Source: an uncultured Acidimicrobiaceae bacterium
GTDB taxonomy: Bacteria > Actinomycetota > Acidimicrobiia > Acidimicrobiales > RAAP-2
Direction: 5' to 3'
Assembly (NCBI GenBank): GCA_963707835.1
Contig: CAVPRI010000002.1
Span: 132,725 to 196,724 of the forward strand
DNA length: 64,000 nt
Position numbers and translations under genes: made by a program. The stretch's first letter is position 1; each line of letters starts with the position of its first letter. The notes under the pieces are model-generated. The model was not told the DNA's origin. It searched no databases and saw only the letters and a program-made list of their open reading frames with translations. Positions 37,138-46,711 of the stretch are shown piece after piece.

Positions 37138-39170
37138 GTCGTCCGCGACTCATTGGCGTCGACGTCGGTGGCACGTTCACCGACGTGATGGCCATCGAGG
37201 ACGGGCGGGTCATCGCCGCCAAGGTCCCCACCGACGTGCACGCGAGCGAGACGTCGGTGCTCGAGGGAGCGCGAGGAGGTCGGCGTCGACGCCGCCAGCG
37301 TGTTCAACCTGGCGTCGACCGCCGGGCTGAACGCTGTGATCACCCGCCGTCTCCCGAAGGTGGCCCTCCTCGCCACCAAGGGCCATCGCGACGTCCTCGA
37401 TCGAGGGCGACTCTGGCGCCCGTTCGAAGCGTTGACCGATCCGTCGTGGCGTCGCAGCACAGGCGACATGTCGAGACCGCTGGTGCCTCGTTACCTGCGG
37501 CGTGGGATCCGGGAGCGCCTCACGAGCGACGGGCAGGTGTTCCTGCCGCTCGACGAGACGCAGGCCCGCGAGGAGCTCGAGTTGCTCCGGGCGTGCGCGG
37601 TCGAGGGCGTGGCGATCTGCCTCCTGCACTCGTACCTGAACCCGGTCCACGAGGTGCGCCTCCGCGAGCTGGTCGGCGAAGTGCTCGGCGACGTCATGGT
37701 GTCCGTGTCGAGCGAGGTGTCACCCCACGTCCGCGAGTACACCCGCTCGACCACCACGACGATCGACCTGCTGATGAAGCTGAAGTACAGCGACTACACC
37801 GAGCGCCTCGAGCGCGGCCTCGAGGCGCTCGGCTTTCGGGGGCAGTTCAACTACGCGGACTGCTCGGCGATGCTGATGCCGGCTGTCGTACGCCATGCAG
37901 CGTCCGCACAAGCTGGTGGTCGGCGGTCCGGCGGCGGGCACGGTCGCCAGCGCCCACTTCGGTGCGTACCTCGACCTGCCCGACATCCTGTGCGCGGATG
38001 TCGGGGGCACGTCGTGCGACATCAGCTTGGTGCTCAACGGTCGACCTTGGGCGAACGACACCTTCGAGCTCGAGTGGGACCTCGTGGTCAACGCGCTCTC
38101 CACGGAGATCGTCACCCTGGGTGCGGGGGGCGGATCGATCGTGTCGATCGGATCCTCGGGCGAGCTCCGAGTCGGGCCCGACAGCGCGGGCGCCGACCCC
38201 GGTCCCGCCTGCTACGGCAAGGGCGGCACCGCGCCGACGATCACCGACGCCGCGCTCTCGATCGGCATCCTTGCTCCCGATCGCTTCGTCGGGGGCAAGG
38301 TGCCGCTCCACCCACGGCTGGCGCTCGACGCGTTCGATGCGCTCGACACCTCGATCGGCCTTTCGGAGCGCATCCGCCAGTCGTGGCTCCTCAGCCTGCA
38401 CAACATCTCCGAGGGGATCATCGACATCGCCATCCGGCGCGGGCTCGACGTGCGTGACCTCAGCTTGATGGCCTATGGGGCGGCTGGACCGATGACGCTG
38501 CCCGGGCTCCTCGACCTGCTCCCGCTGCGTGCCGTCATCGTACCCCCGAACCCAGGCGGCTTCAGCGCCCTCGGACTGGTCAGCGCAGATCGCGTGTTCT
38601 CCGAGAGCCTCACGCTTCAGGGCATCCTCGGCCCTGACATCGCACCTCGCCTCACGGAGCTCTTCGAGCGGGTCGAGCGAGACCTGCTCGAGCAGGCGGG
38701 TGTACGCGCCGAGGACGCGACCGTCATCCGCACCTTCGACGGCCGCCTGCTCGGACAGGGCTGGGAGACGCCGTTCGTGCCGGTTCCGTCCGGTCCGCTC
38801 GGGCCGAAAGAGGTCCAGCAGATGGTCGACGCGTTCCACGCCGAGTACGACCAGCGCAACGGGCACCGCTTCGAGTCGTTCCCGGTCGAGGGCGTCACCT
38901 ATCGCGTACAGCTCGTCGTGCCCACCGACAAGGTCAGCTTCGACGTCCTCCCGCAGCGCGCTGGGTGCCTTGGTGCAACCCCGGGAGAGCGCAGACCTCA
39001 TGCATCTCTACCCGGAGGGGGCGACCGCCTCGTGCTACGAGCGTGACGACCTGTTGGCCGGAGACGTGCTCCTCGGCCCGGCGATCGTGTGGGAGACGAA
39101 CTCCACCACGTTCGTGCCGAAGGATCGTCGCGCCACGGTTGGTAGCTACGGCGAGCTGGTGGTCACCTGA
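37134..39170 (+). CDS. hyuA: Hydantoinase/oxoprolinase A-type subunit. Three frame breaks (~37270-37280, ~37885-37897, ~38955-38965).
   Basis: VSRPRLIGVDVGGTFTDVMAI.. (frame of ORF 36672), then ..VFNLASTAGLNAVITRRLPKVALLATKGHRDVLD.. (ORF 37300), then ..KLVVGGPAAGTVASAHF..CADVGGTSCDISLV.. (ORF 37895), then ..LMHLYPEGATASCYERDDL..GELVVT (ORF 38529). Confidence 0.85.
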
Positions 39171-41131
39171 TGACGACGACTCCGACCAGAGGTCCTGCTC
39201 TGGAAGCCGCCCGCCTCCGGGACCTCGACGGTGAGCAGTTCCAGGCCCGTTACGGCTGCGATCGCTTCACGGCCACGATGCTGACGAACCGCTGCCGGTA
39301 CGTCGCCGCGCACATGGCGAACCAGGTGCGCTCGCATGCGTTCTCGCCGGTCATTCGGGACGGTTCCGATCTGTGCGCGATGGTGAGCGGCCCGGCAGAG
39401 CTGAACTACGCGATGGCGGCGGTTTCGGAGACCATGCCCTTGTTCTACGGGTCGATTCCCGACGCGGTGCGGATCGTGATCGAGGAGTACGGCGCGGACG
39501 AGCTCGAGCCGGGCGACGTGCTGATCGTGAACGACTACTACCGGGTGGGCACGCACCTCAACGACGCGTGCCTCATGCGCCCCATCTTCCGAGACGGACA
39601 GATCGTTGCGGTGGTGACGATCCGCGCCCACTTCCTCGACATGGGTGGAATCGCGTTGGGCGGGTTCGAGGTGACGAAGAAGAACACCTGGGAAGACGGT
39701 CTGCGGATCCCGCCGATGCTCGTCGTCTCGAAGGGAAAGCCGGTCACGTCGGTCCTCAAGCTGCTCTATGACAACACCCGACTCGGGTTCCTCTGCGTGC
39801 CCGACATCATGACCGAGATCAAGGCGCTCGAGCTGGGAGCGTCACTGCTCGAGGAGACCATCGACCGCTATGGTGTCGCCGCCTACACCGGCGCGGTCCG
39901 CTATGCATGCGACGTGTCGGCCGAGGCGATGGCCGAGGGCCTGCGCTCGCTGCCCGACGGTGTCTACGAAGGCGAGGACTGGCTCGACGGCGACGGGCTA
40001 CCCGACTCTCCGGAGTACTCGGTCAAGGTTCGCATCACCAAGGTCGGCGACCGAGCCGAGGTCGATCTGCGCGGGAGCTCGGGTCCGACGCGCACCGCCA
40101 TCAATGGTGCCTGGCCCGACGTGAAAACCGGGTTGGCGTTCGCGCTCAAGACGCTGCTCGATCCCACGACGCCGGTCAGCTCGGGGACCTTGCGAAACGT
40201 CGACGTGATCGTGCCGCCCAGCGCCATCTTCAACGTCGGCCCGCCGGTGCCGTGCCAGATGTACTTCCTCGTGGTGTACACCATGGTCCACGCCACCTAC
40301 CGGGCGCTCAACCCGGTGCTCGGTGAGCGAGCGGTCGCGACGGGTTTCATCACGGCGTCGGCATCTGGCCACGGGCGTCGGCCGGACGGGCTCGAAGGAT
40401 CACTCGTCGACTCGGCCGGTCCGGCGGTGATCGGCGCGTGGGGAGCGACGCGCCACGGCGACGCCGACTCCGCGCAGCAGAGCCCGCTCGGCAACCTTAT
40501 CGACGGCGGCGTTGAGATCCACGAGCTGCGCGGGCCGGTGATCTGGGCCGCCAGCGACTATGTCCCCGATTCAGGAGGCGCGGGCACGTACCGCGGCGGC
40601 TCCGCCATCCTCCACGACATGCTGTGGCGGGTTCCAGCGGCCCACGACATGCAGCTGCTGCACCATGCCCGCCGGCCGACCGCCGGTGGCGGGGTGAACG
40701 GTGGTCACGCTGGCCCCACGACCGCCGCCTGGCTCTTCGACGGCGAGATCTCCGAGCTCGGCACCAGCTTGCCGGAGCTCCCGTCGGTGACCCACGGCGA
40801 GTTCTACCGCCAGGCCACGCCGCTTGGAGGCGTTGTCGACCCCGACACCCACGAGCAGGATCCGGACGGTGAGCTCGTCGTCCTGGAGGGAAAGCTGCCC
40901 CGCCGAGTCGGTGCCCTGGTGAGGGTCCTCGCCGCCGGAGGCGGCGGGTGGGGCGACCCGTGGGCGCGCGATCCGGAGCTCGTCAAGCGCGACGTGCGCG
41001 ACGAGTACGTCACGATCGAGGGGGCAGCGCGCGACTACGGCGTCGTGATCGTGGGCGACCCGCGCGAGCCTGAGCAGCTCAAGGTCGACGTCGGAGCTAC
41101 GGAGGCGCTGCGCGCCGGTCGCACCCACTGA
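39170..41131 (+). CDS. hyuB: Hydantoinase B/oxoprolinase-type subunit
   Basis: Intact 653 aa. ..GDVLIVNDYYRVGTHLNDACLMRPIF..DSGGAGTYRGG..LAAGGGGWGDPWARDPELVKRDVRDEYVTIEGAARDYGV. The ATG overlaps the hyuA stop (TGATG). Confidence 0.9.
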   Translation: MTTTPTRGPALEAARLRDLDGEQFQARYGCDRFTATMLTNRCRYVAAHMANQVRSHAFSPVIRDGSDLCAMVSGPAELNYAMAAVSETMPLFYGSIPDAVRIVIEEYGADELEPGDVLIVNDYYRVGTHLNDACLMRPIFRDGQIVAVVTIRAHFLDMGGIALGGFEVTKKNTWEDGLRIPPMLVVSKGKPVTSVLKLLYDNTRLGFLCVPDIMTEIKALELGASLLEETIDRYGVAAYTGAVRYACDVSAEAMAEGLRSLPDGVYEGEDWLDGDGLPDSPEYSVKVRITKVGDRAEVDLRGSSGPTRTAINGAWPDVKTGLAFALKTLLDPTTPVSSGTLRNVDVIVPPSAIFNVGPPVPCQMYFLVVYTMVHATYRALNPVLGERAVATGFITASASGHGRRPDGLEGSLVDSAGPAVIGAWGATRHGDADSAQQSPLGNLIDGGVEIHELRGPVIWAASDYVPDSGGAGTYRGGSAILHDMLWRVPAAHDMQLLHHARRPTAGGGVNGGHAGPTTAAWLFDGEISELGTSLPELPSVTHGEFYRQATPLGGVVDPDTHEQDPDGELVVLEGKLPRRVGALVRVLAAGGGGWGDPWARDPELVKRDVRDEYVTIEGAARDYGVVIVGDPREPEQLKVDVGATEALRAGRTH

Positions 41132-41199
41132 CCACGACGAGGAGCCCCGCCCAGTATGGAGTGCTTCTTCGCCTTCCCGGAGATCACCGGGTTGTCCAG

Positions 41200-41952
41200 C
41201 TAGATAGGCAAAGCCACCTTGCCAAGGTGAGGGTCGCGGGTTCGGATCCCGTCTGCCGCTCCAGATGACCAGGCGCAAGCCGGTTCCTGAAGCCTCACCG
41301 AGGTGGGTGAACTCAAGGTCGAGGGCGCGAGGAGCAATGCTCTGAGATCTGGCGCCTCGCCGACAACGCAGCGCGCCGCGTTCACTCCATAGAGTTCGGT
41401 CGCAAGCGCGAATCGTGCGAGACCACTATGCAGGCGGTCTTGAGCGCTCCAGGCCGCGCATTCGTCATCGAGACCGAAACCGTATCCACACCAGGCATGG
41501 CCGATGAGGTCATGAACGGCACGGAACCGATCGAACGCGCCACCAAACTCGCAGCCGAAGAGGGGATGAAGGCGCTCTCCAACGGCCGCGGCCGAGGTGA
41601 TCTCCAGAGTCTCATTGGTGCGCACCGCACAGATGAGCTCTTCGTCGCTTTCATAGGGTCGGATACAACGAGTGAATACCACTCGTACCGCCCAATGGTA
41701 GGCATGTCGAGTGAGGAGGGTGTACAGGTGATCCGTTTCCATTTGAAGTTGCCTGTACGCCTCAATCACCTGGGCATCGCGATGAGCGCTTCGGGAGTGT
41801 AAGTACCATTCGCCCACCTTCACAGCCGTCGAGAGCTCAACCCCGAAGGTCATGTCCACCCGGATTTCGTGCCGCATCTCCGGCTCTCCCGTTCCAGCCT
41901 CTCGATCCACGCGGGGCTCAAAGGGAAGGCCTTCACTCAGCGCGCTCGACAA
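41200..41952 (-). CDS. Hypothetical protein. Its last ~20 codons are the antisense of the tRNA-Gly-like fragment.
   Basis: ORF 41200..41952 has a non-repetitive composition (..HDLIGHAWCGYGFGLDDECAAWSAQDRLH..). No family recognised. Confidence 0.45.
   Translation of the reverse strand: MSSALSEGLPFEPRVDREAGTGEPEMRHEIRVDMTFGVELSTAVKVGEWYLHSRSAHRDAQVIEAYRQLQMETDHLYTLLTRHAYHWAVRVVFTRCIRPYESDEELICAVRTNETLEITSAAAVGERLHPLFGCEFGGAFDRFRAVHDLIGHAWCGYGFGLDDECAAWSAQDRLHSGLARFALATELYGVNAARCVVGEAPDLRALLLAPSTLSSPTSVRLQEPACAWSSGAADGIRTRDPHLGKVALPI
41214..41263 (+). pseudogene. tRNA-Gly(GCC)-like 3' fragment (anticodon arm to CCA) without a matching 5' half
   Basis: CCACC-TTGCCAA-GGTGA-GGGTC-GCGGG-TTCGGAT-CCCGT-CTGCCGC-T-CCA. 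There is no GCGGCAG upstream. The anticodon stem has one mismatch, and the T-loop carries G at the normally invariant A58 position. Confidence 0.6.
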
Positions 41953-42008
41953 ACGAGGGCGAAAGCGACCCTGGGGGACCAGACGGTGCGTGTGGTGGCC
42001 GGCTTGGC

Positions 42009-42839
42009 CTATCCGATGAACTTCATGAGGGCGTCGTTCACTTCGTCGGGGTGGGTCCAGCCGATGTTGTGAGGGCCGCCGTCAACCTCGATGAACTCGA
42101 TGTCCTGCACGAGCTCGGGAAGGCGGCGACCGGTGGCATCGATCGGAAGGATGCGGTCCTCGGTGCCCTGGACGACGAGGAGCGGTATGTCGATCTTGGG
42201 CAGGTCGGCGCGGAAGTCGGTCAGCCAGGTCGACACGCACGCCAGCGTGGCGTACGCAGAACAGCCGGCGGCCACCTGGAAGCTGGCGTTCCGGGCCTCG
42301 TCACTGATGCGGGTGCCGCCGAGCTTGTCGACGTTGTAGAAGTTGTCGAAGAAGAACTTGAACCAGGCGTAACGGTCCTTCCTGACCCGCTCCGTGAAGT
42401 CGTCGAAGAGGCTCTGGGGCAGGCCCTTGGGGTTGTCGGGGGTCTGGAGGAGGAAGGGCGGAATCGGTCCGAACAAGGCCGCCTTGGCAACCCGGTGAGA
42501 GCCGTAGGTTCCGAGATAGCGGACGACCTCACCCGTGCCCATGGAGAACCCGGCCAGGATCATGTCGTGCAGATCGAGCTTGTCGACCAGGACCTTGAGG
42601 TCGGCGGCGAAGGTGTCGTAGTCGTAGCCAGTCGTGGGTTGGCTGGAGCCTCCGAAACCGCGCCGGTCGTAGGTGATGACACGCTTGCCGGCATCGAGCA
42701 GCACCGGGACCTGCTTCTCCCATGAGTGGCCGTCTAGGGGGTAGCCGTGAATCAGGACCAGCGGCTGACCAGAGCCGTGATCCTCGTAGTACAGCTCGAC
42801 TGGGGCCGAGTTCTCTTGACCGACAGCGACGTGTGGCAT
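42009..42839 (-). CDS. Alpha/beta hydrolase of the non-haem haloperoxidase / arylesterase type
   Basis: From ATG 42839: MPHVAVGQENSAPVELYYEDHGSGQPLVLIHGYPLDGHSWEKQ..AGFSMGTGEV..GGPHNIGWTHPDEVN. Confidence 0.85.
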   Translation of the reverse strand: MPHVAVGQENSAPVELYYEDHGSGQPLVLIHGYPLDGHSWEKQVPVLLDAGKRVITYDRRGFGGSSQPTTGYDYDTFAADLKVLVDKLDLHDMILAGFSMGTGEVVRYLGTYGSHRVAKAALFGPIPPFLLQTPDNPKGLPQSLFDDFTERVRKDRYAWFKFFFDNFYNVDKLGGTRISDEARNASFQVAAGCSAYATLACVSTWLTDFRADLPKIDIPLLVVQGTEDRILPIDATGRRLPELVQDIEFIEVDGGPHNIGWTHPDEVNDALMKFIG

Positions 42840-43215
42840 TGCATCCCCCCTAGTCTTGGGTCTGTTCGGGTCAGCCTCCCGGTAGGTCTTCGTGGTGACG
42901 TGGACTCCAGCCGAAGCGGCGAGTCCTTGGTAGTGCCCAACTCCTCTTGTATTTCCTATCCGACGGCCTGTCAAGGGGCACAGCAAATCGGCCGGACTAT
43001 GTCATGCCCGGCAGCCCTGGGTGCTGGGATCCCACCCTTGAGGGGACTGCGGGCCAGGAGATGATCCTCAGTGGGGTCGACCCAATGGTCGGCGACGAGC
43101 TGTGCTTGATCGACCCGGAAGTGGAGTGGAACTCGAGGGCTCTCGACCCTTGCCTTCGATCTCGGTGGGACCTATGACTAACCTCTCGCGCTGAGTAGGT
43201 GAGCGAGGTGTCGTA

Positions 43216-44196
43216 ATGCGCGAGGTTTCTGAGGCCCAGTTCGGTCCGTGGACGTCACCGTCGATCGAGATTGATGCGGACGGGAAACTGGTCGGCGCTG
43301 TCCCCGGAACGCCGAACAATTGGGGTCGCTGGGGCCCGCGGGATCAACGCGGCACTCTGAATCTGCTCACGCAGGATCGGGTCGTCCGGGCGGCGTCCTT
43401 GGTGCGACGCGGGGCGCGGTTTTCCCTCGGGTTGCCGATCGGGCAATCTGCCCCAGCCGGAAGGGTGGCACCGCTGCACTTCTTTCGCTACACCACATCC
43501 GACGTGCTCTCGAACGACCCGGGCTTGGTCCCCGGAGTGGCCATCTCCGACGACTACATCGTGATGGCGCTCCAGGGAACAACTCAGCTCGATGCGTTGT
43601 GTCATTTCGGCACCGAGCAATGCCTCTACAACGGCTACTGGATTGGTGCCGTCACCGCGGCCAGTGGCGCACGTCGATTGGGAATCCACCACTGGCGGGA
43701 TGGTGCCGTTGGGAGAGGGGTCCTCCTCGATGTGGCCCGTCACCTGGGGGTTGATTGCATCGAGCCAGGAATGGCGATCGGCCCCGATCTGCTCGACGAG
43801 GTGGCGCAGGCTGAGGGGGTGACGATCGAGTCTGGCGATCTGCTTTTGGTGCGGACTGGTGTCGTGGGTTCGTGGTTCAGGACCGGAGAGGTCGACATGA
43901 TCAACTGTGGAGGCATTTCCGGAACTGCGATCCCGTGGTTGGCCGCGCATGACGTCGCGTTGGTCGGGGCTGACAACCCTGCGGTGGAGACGATGTCAAA
44001 CCCCCAAGAGACCCCCCTCAGCCTGCATACCGGAGCCCTGCGGGATCTTGGGTTGGCGTTGGCGGAGCTCCTCGATCTCGATGCCCTCGCAGAGGACTGC
44101 GCGGCCGACGGGACCTACGAGTTCTTCGTGGTCATGTCCCCGCTGCCCATCGTCAACGGAGCGGGCTCACCCATCAACCCAATTGCCGTGAAGTAG
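43216..44196 (+). CDS. Cyclase-family protein (kynurenine-formamidase-like fold)
   Basis: ..NWGRWGPRDQRGTLNLL..QGTTQLDALCHF..GVLLDVARH..GDLLLVRTG..VALVGADNPAVE... Confidence 0.8.
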   Translation: MREVSEAQFGPWTSPSIEIDADGKLVGAVPGTPNNWGRWGPRDQRGTLNLLTQDRVVRAASLVRRGARFSLGLPIGQSAPAGRVAPLHFFRYTTSDVLSNDPGLVPGVAISDDYIVMALQGTTQLDALCHFGTEQCLYNGYWIGAVTAASGARRLGIHHWRDGAVGRGVLLDVARHLGVDCIEPGMAIGPDLLDEVAQAEGVTIESGDLLLVRTGVVGSWFRTGEVDMINCGGISGTAIPWLAAHDVALVGADNPAVETMSNPQETPLSLHTGALRDLGLALAELLDLDALAEDCAADGTYEFFVVMSPLPIVNGAGSPINPIAVK

Positions 44197-44219
44197 CGGC
44201 AGGCCCTTGGCCGACGAGT

Positions 44220-45038
44220 TCACCCGCCGTTCAGGTTGTCGTTCTGTTCTTCCAGGACCTCTGCGAAGAGTCGGATCGATTCCACCAAGGCTGGGAAGCC
44301 GGCATAACATCCGAGATGAACCAGTGCCTCGCTCATCTCCTCGGGCGTGATGCCGACACGTAGCGCGACACCGAAGTGGCCGCGAAGCTCGGGATTGCGG
44401 CCCAGTGCGACAAGCACTGATGACGTCACGAACTCTCGCTGTCTGAAGGTGAGATTGGGGCGACTCCACAGGTCCCCGAATGCAGTCTCGGTGAGCCAGC
44501 CCAGCCATTCTGTGCTTGAGGCGTGGAAGGGGGGACGGTCCTCGGCTGCCATCTCAGCGGGATAGGGGTGAAGCCGTTCAAAGATCAGTGCCGCGTGATC
44601 AGGCGACATCAGCTCTTGAATAATGCGGGCGCGCTCGAGCCGGATCTCGCCGTCGAGTCCTGGTGGCAGGTCGGATGGCTGGGCGGACGGTGCGGATGGG
44701 TCATCGAACACTGCACGGAGTGCCTTCATGCCTTCGACGCCAATAGCGAGACCGGCGTAGCCGCCCACCTGCACCATCGCTTCACAGAGTTCCAGACGAG
44801 ACAATCCATGGTCCAGGGCAAGTCGAATATGTGCATCGAGCTCGGCCGGGCAGCGGAGCGTGGCCAGCGCGGCAACGGTGACGAGTGATCGGTCGCGTGG
44901 GGTGAGGGCCGGGCGTTCCCACAGATCTCTTACTGTCCGATCGAGGTAGGCCTGCCAGTCCCTACTGATCTCTTGGGGAAGCGAGTCGACGCACTCGGAG
45001 ATCCGCTCGTGGTGCGGCTGACTGGATGGTGGAGTCAC
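44220..45038 (-). CDS. Carboxymuconolactone-decarboxylase (AhpD-like) family protein with two tandem CMD domains
   Basis: ..LWERPALTPRDRSLVTVAALATL..ELCEAMVQVGGYAG.. and ..LWSRPNLTFRQREFVTSSVLVALG..EMSEALVHLGCYAGFP. Confidence 0.8.
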   Translation of the reverse strand: MTPPSSQPHHERISECVDSLPQEISRDWQAYLDRTVRDLWERPALTPRDRSLVTVAALATLRCPAELDAHIRLALDHGLSRLELCEAMVQVGGYAGLAIGVEGMKALRAVFDDPSAPSAQPSDLPPGLDGEIRLERARIIQELMSPDHAALIFERLHPYPAEMAAEDRPPFHASSTEWLGWLTETAFGDLWSRPNLTFRQREFVTSSVLVALGRNPELRGHFGVALRVGITPEEMSEALVHLGCYAGFPALVESIRLFAEVLEEQNDNLNGG

Positions 45039-45047
45039 GTACAGCCC

Positions 45048-45923
45048 TCAGATCGCAGCCCGAGTGCGTTGAACGGGACGCTGCGTCTGTTGGGACAACT
45101 GTGGCAGGGGTGCAAATACCTTGCGAAGGGTCCGAGCCGGCCCTTCCCCTGTCACGTTCGGTCTGGCGTGTTGCAGCGCCAGGTTGTCCCACATCACCAG
45201 GTCGCCTTGCTCCCAGGTGATGTTCAGCTGATTCTCGGGCGCGTACAGATGGGTAAACAGCTCCTCGAGAAGGGCTTCGCTGGCTTCCGGTGGCAACTCG
45301 ACCACCCGTTTCGTCATCATCTGGCTCACATAGAGCATGGTGCGCCCCGTCCGCGTATGGCGATGGCCAATGGGCGTGACCACCGACTGCTCCTCATCGA
45401 AGGTGGCGACCAGGACATCTCCGTCACCTTCTCCGCGTGAGTACGTCGCGTCGTGCCCGTGTTCGACATGCAAGTGTTCGAGTCGCATGCGCAGATCCGG
45501 TGGCAAACGTTCCCAGCCGCTGGTGGTGCTGACAAAACATGTCGGGGTGACTGGCGGCTCGACGTGCACGGCGTAGAGCGACAGCAGCTGGAAGGGCTGC
45601 TCCTGCCACATGCCGTCTGAGTGGAACAACAACCTGCCGAAGGGGGCCCCACCATTCGGTTCTTTGTTCGACACGAAGTATGGATTGTGGAGACGGTCGG
45701 GCAGTGCGTCCCGTTGTGGCGTTGATTCGCCGATGAGCAGATAGGCCAAGGCCACCTGCTCCCACACGTCGAGCGTCGCGCCTCGGAAGAGCAATAAGCC
45801 ACGCTCATCGAAGAGTGCACGCAACTCGCGTGCCGTATCCACTCCAATCGGTGCGCCGGGGTCGAGTCCACGGACCTCACTGCCGAAGTCAGAGTGGAGA
45901 TGGTGCACCTCGAGTTCCGTCAT
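45048..45923 (-). CDS. TauD/TfdA-family Fe(II)/2-oxoglutarate dioxygenase
   Basis: From ATG 45923: MTELEVHHLHSDFGSEVRGLD..LLFHSDGMW..GDLVMWDNLALQHAR. Paralogous to 56658..57527. Confidence 0.85.
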   Translation of the reverse strand: MTELEVHHLHSDFGSEVRGLDPGAPIGVDTARELRALFDERGLLLFRGATLDVWEQVALAYLLIGESTPQRDALPDRLHNPYFVSNKEPNGGAPFGRLLFHSDGMWQEQPFQLLSLYAVHVEPPVTPTCFVSTTSGWERLPPDLRMRLEHLHVEHGHDATYSRGEGDGDVLVATFDEEQSVVTPIGHRHTRTGRTMLYVSQMMTKRVVELPPEASEALLEELFTHLYAPENQLNITWEQGDLVMWDNLALQHARPNVTGEGPARTLRKVFAPLPQLSQQTQRPVQRTRAAI

Positions 45924-45942
45924 CAGTCCGTGTCCCTTGATC

Positions 45943-45974
45943 AGTTGGTCGACCAACAGTCAAGTTGGTCAACC
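45943..45974. promoter_or_regulatory. Perfect 14-bp palindrome GTTGGTCGACCAAC plus a second AGTTGGTCAACC half-site repeat 20 bp away. Candidate TetR operator.
   Basis: Read directly: the palindrome is 45944-45957, and AGTTGGTCGACC (45943-54) is repeated as AGTTGGTCAACC (45963-74). The site lies in the divergent TauD/TetR intergenic region. Confidence 0.55.
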
Positions 45975-46024
45975 CATAATCGGAGGTCGACTCCCACTTG
46001 GTAGGTGAGTACCATACAGACTCG

Positions 46025-46711
46025 ATGTTCTCGCCTCAAGTTGTGTTTCAGCAGACGCCGGTTCCTGCTGAGGGTCTGCGATTGCGCAAGAAGTTGCGCA
46101 CTCGGCGGGCTATCGAGGATGCCGCGGTCGAACTGTTCGAAATGCAGGGCTATGAGGCGACGACGGTAGAGCAGATCGCGGCCTGCGCCGATGTCTCGAC
46201 GACCACGTTCTTCCGGTACTTCCCCACCAAGGCGGATGTGATCTTGAGCGAGCAAGGTGATCTCGTGCCGGCATTGCAACAGGCGATTCGATCACGACCT
46301 GAAGATGAGGACGATCTGGATGTCGTTCGTTGTGCCTTCCAAACTGCCTGGGTCTCGGCGATCGATCCAAAGCGCACTATTCGCATCGCGCGCGCCATGG
46401 CCACCTCACCGTTGCTGCGCGGGCTCGGATACGAGATCGGGCAGGGATGGGTCAGTGCCATCAGTGAGGCTCTTGCCCGTCGTCACGGTCTTCGCAAGCC
46501 CGACCGCCGATGTGCTGTGACTGCTCGGGTTGGTCTGATGGCGTTCAGCCTGAGCGCCGAGAGGTGGATCGAGCGAGGCGGTCGTGGAGACCTCGCGGCG
46601 GAAATGGACGAGGGATTCGAAATGGTGAAGCAGGTCATTGGTGCTCCTGAACCTTCCCGGATGGGTGAGGACGAAACGATGGAATGCCGGGGAAGGCAAG
46701 GGGCACGATGA
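46025..46711 (+). CDS. TetR-family transcriptional regulator
   Basis: ..RTRRAIEDAAVELFEMQGYEATTVEQIAACADVSTTTFFRYFPTKADVI... ATG 46025 is preferred over TTG 45998. Confidence 0.85.
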   Translation: MFSPQVVFQQTPVPAEGLRLRKKLRTRRAIEDAAVELFEMQGYEATTVEQIAACADVSTTTFFRYFPTKADVILSEQGDLVPALQQAIRSRPEDEDDLDVVRCAFQTAWVSAIDPKRTIRIARAMATSPLLRGLGYEIGQGWVSAISEALARRHGLRKPDRRCAVTARVGLMAFSLSAERWIERGGRGDLAAEMDEGFEMVKQVIGAPEPSRMGEDETMECRGRQGAR

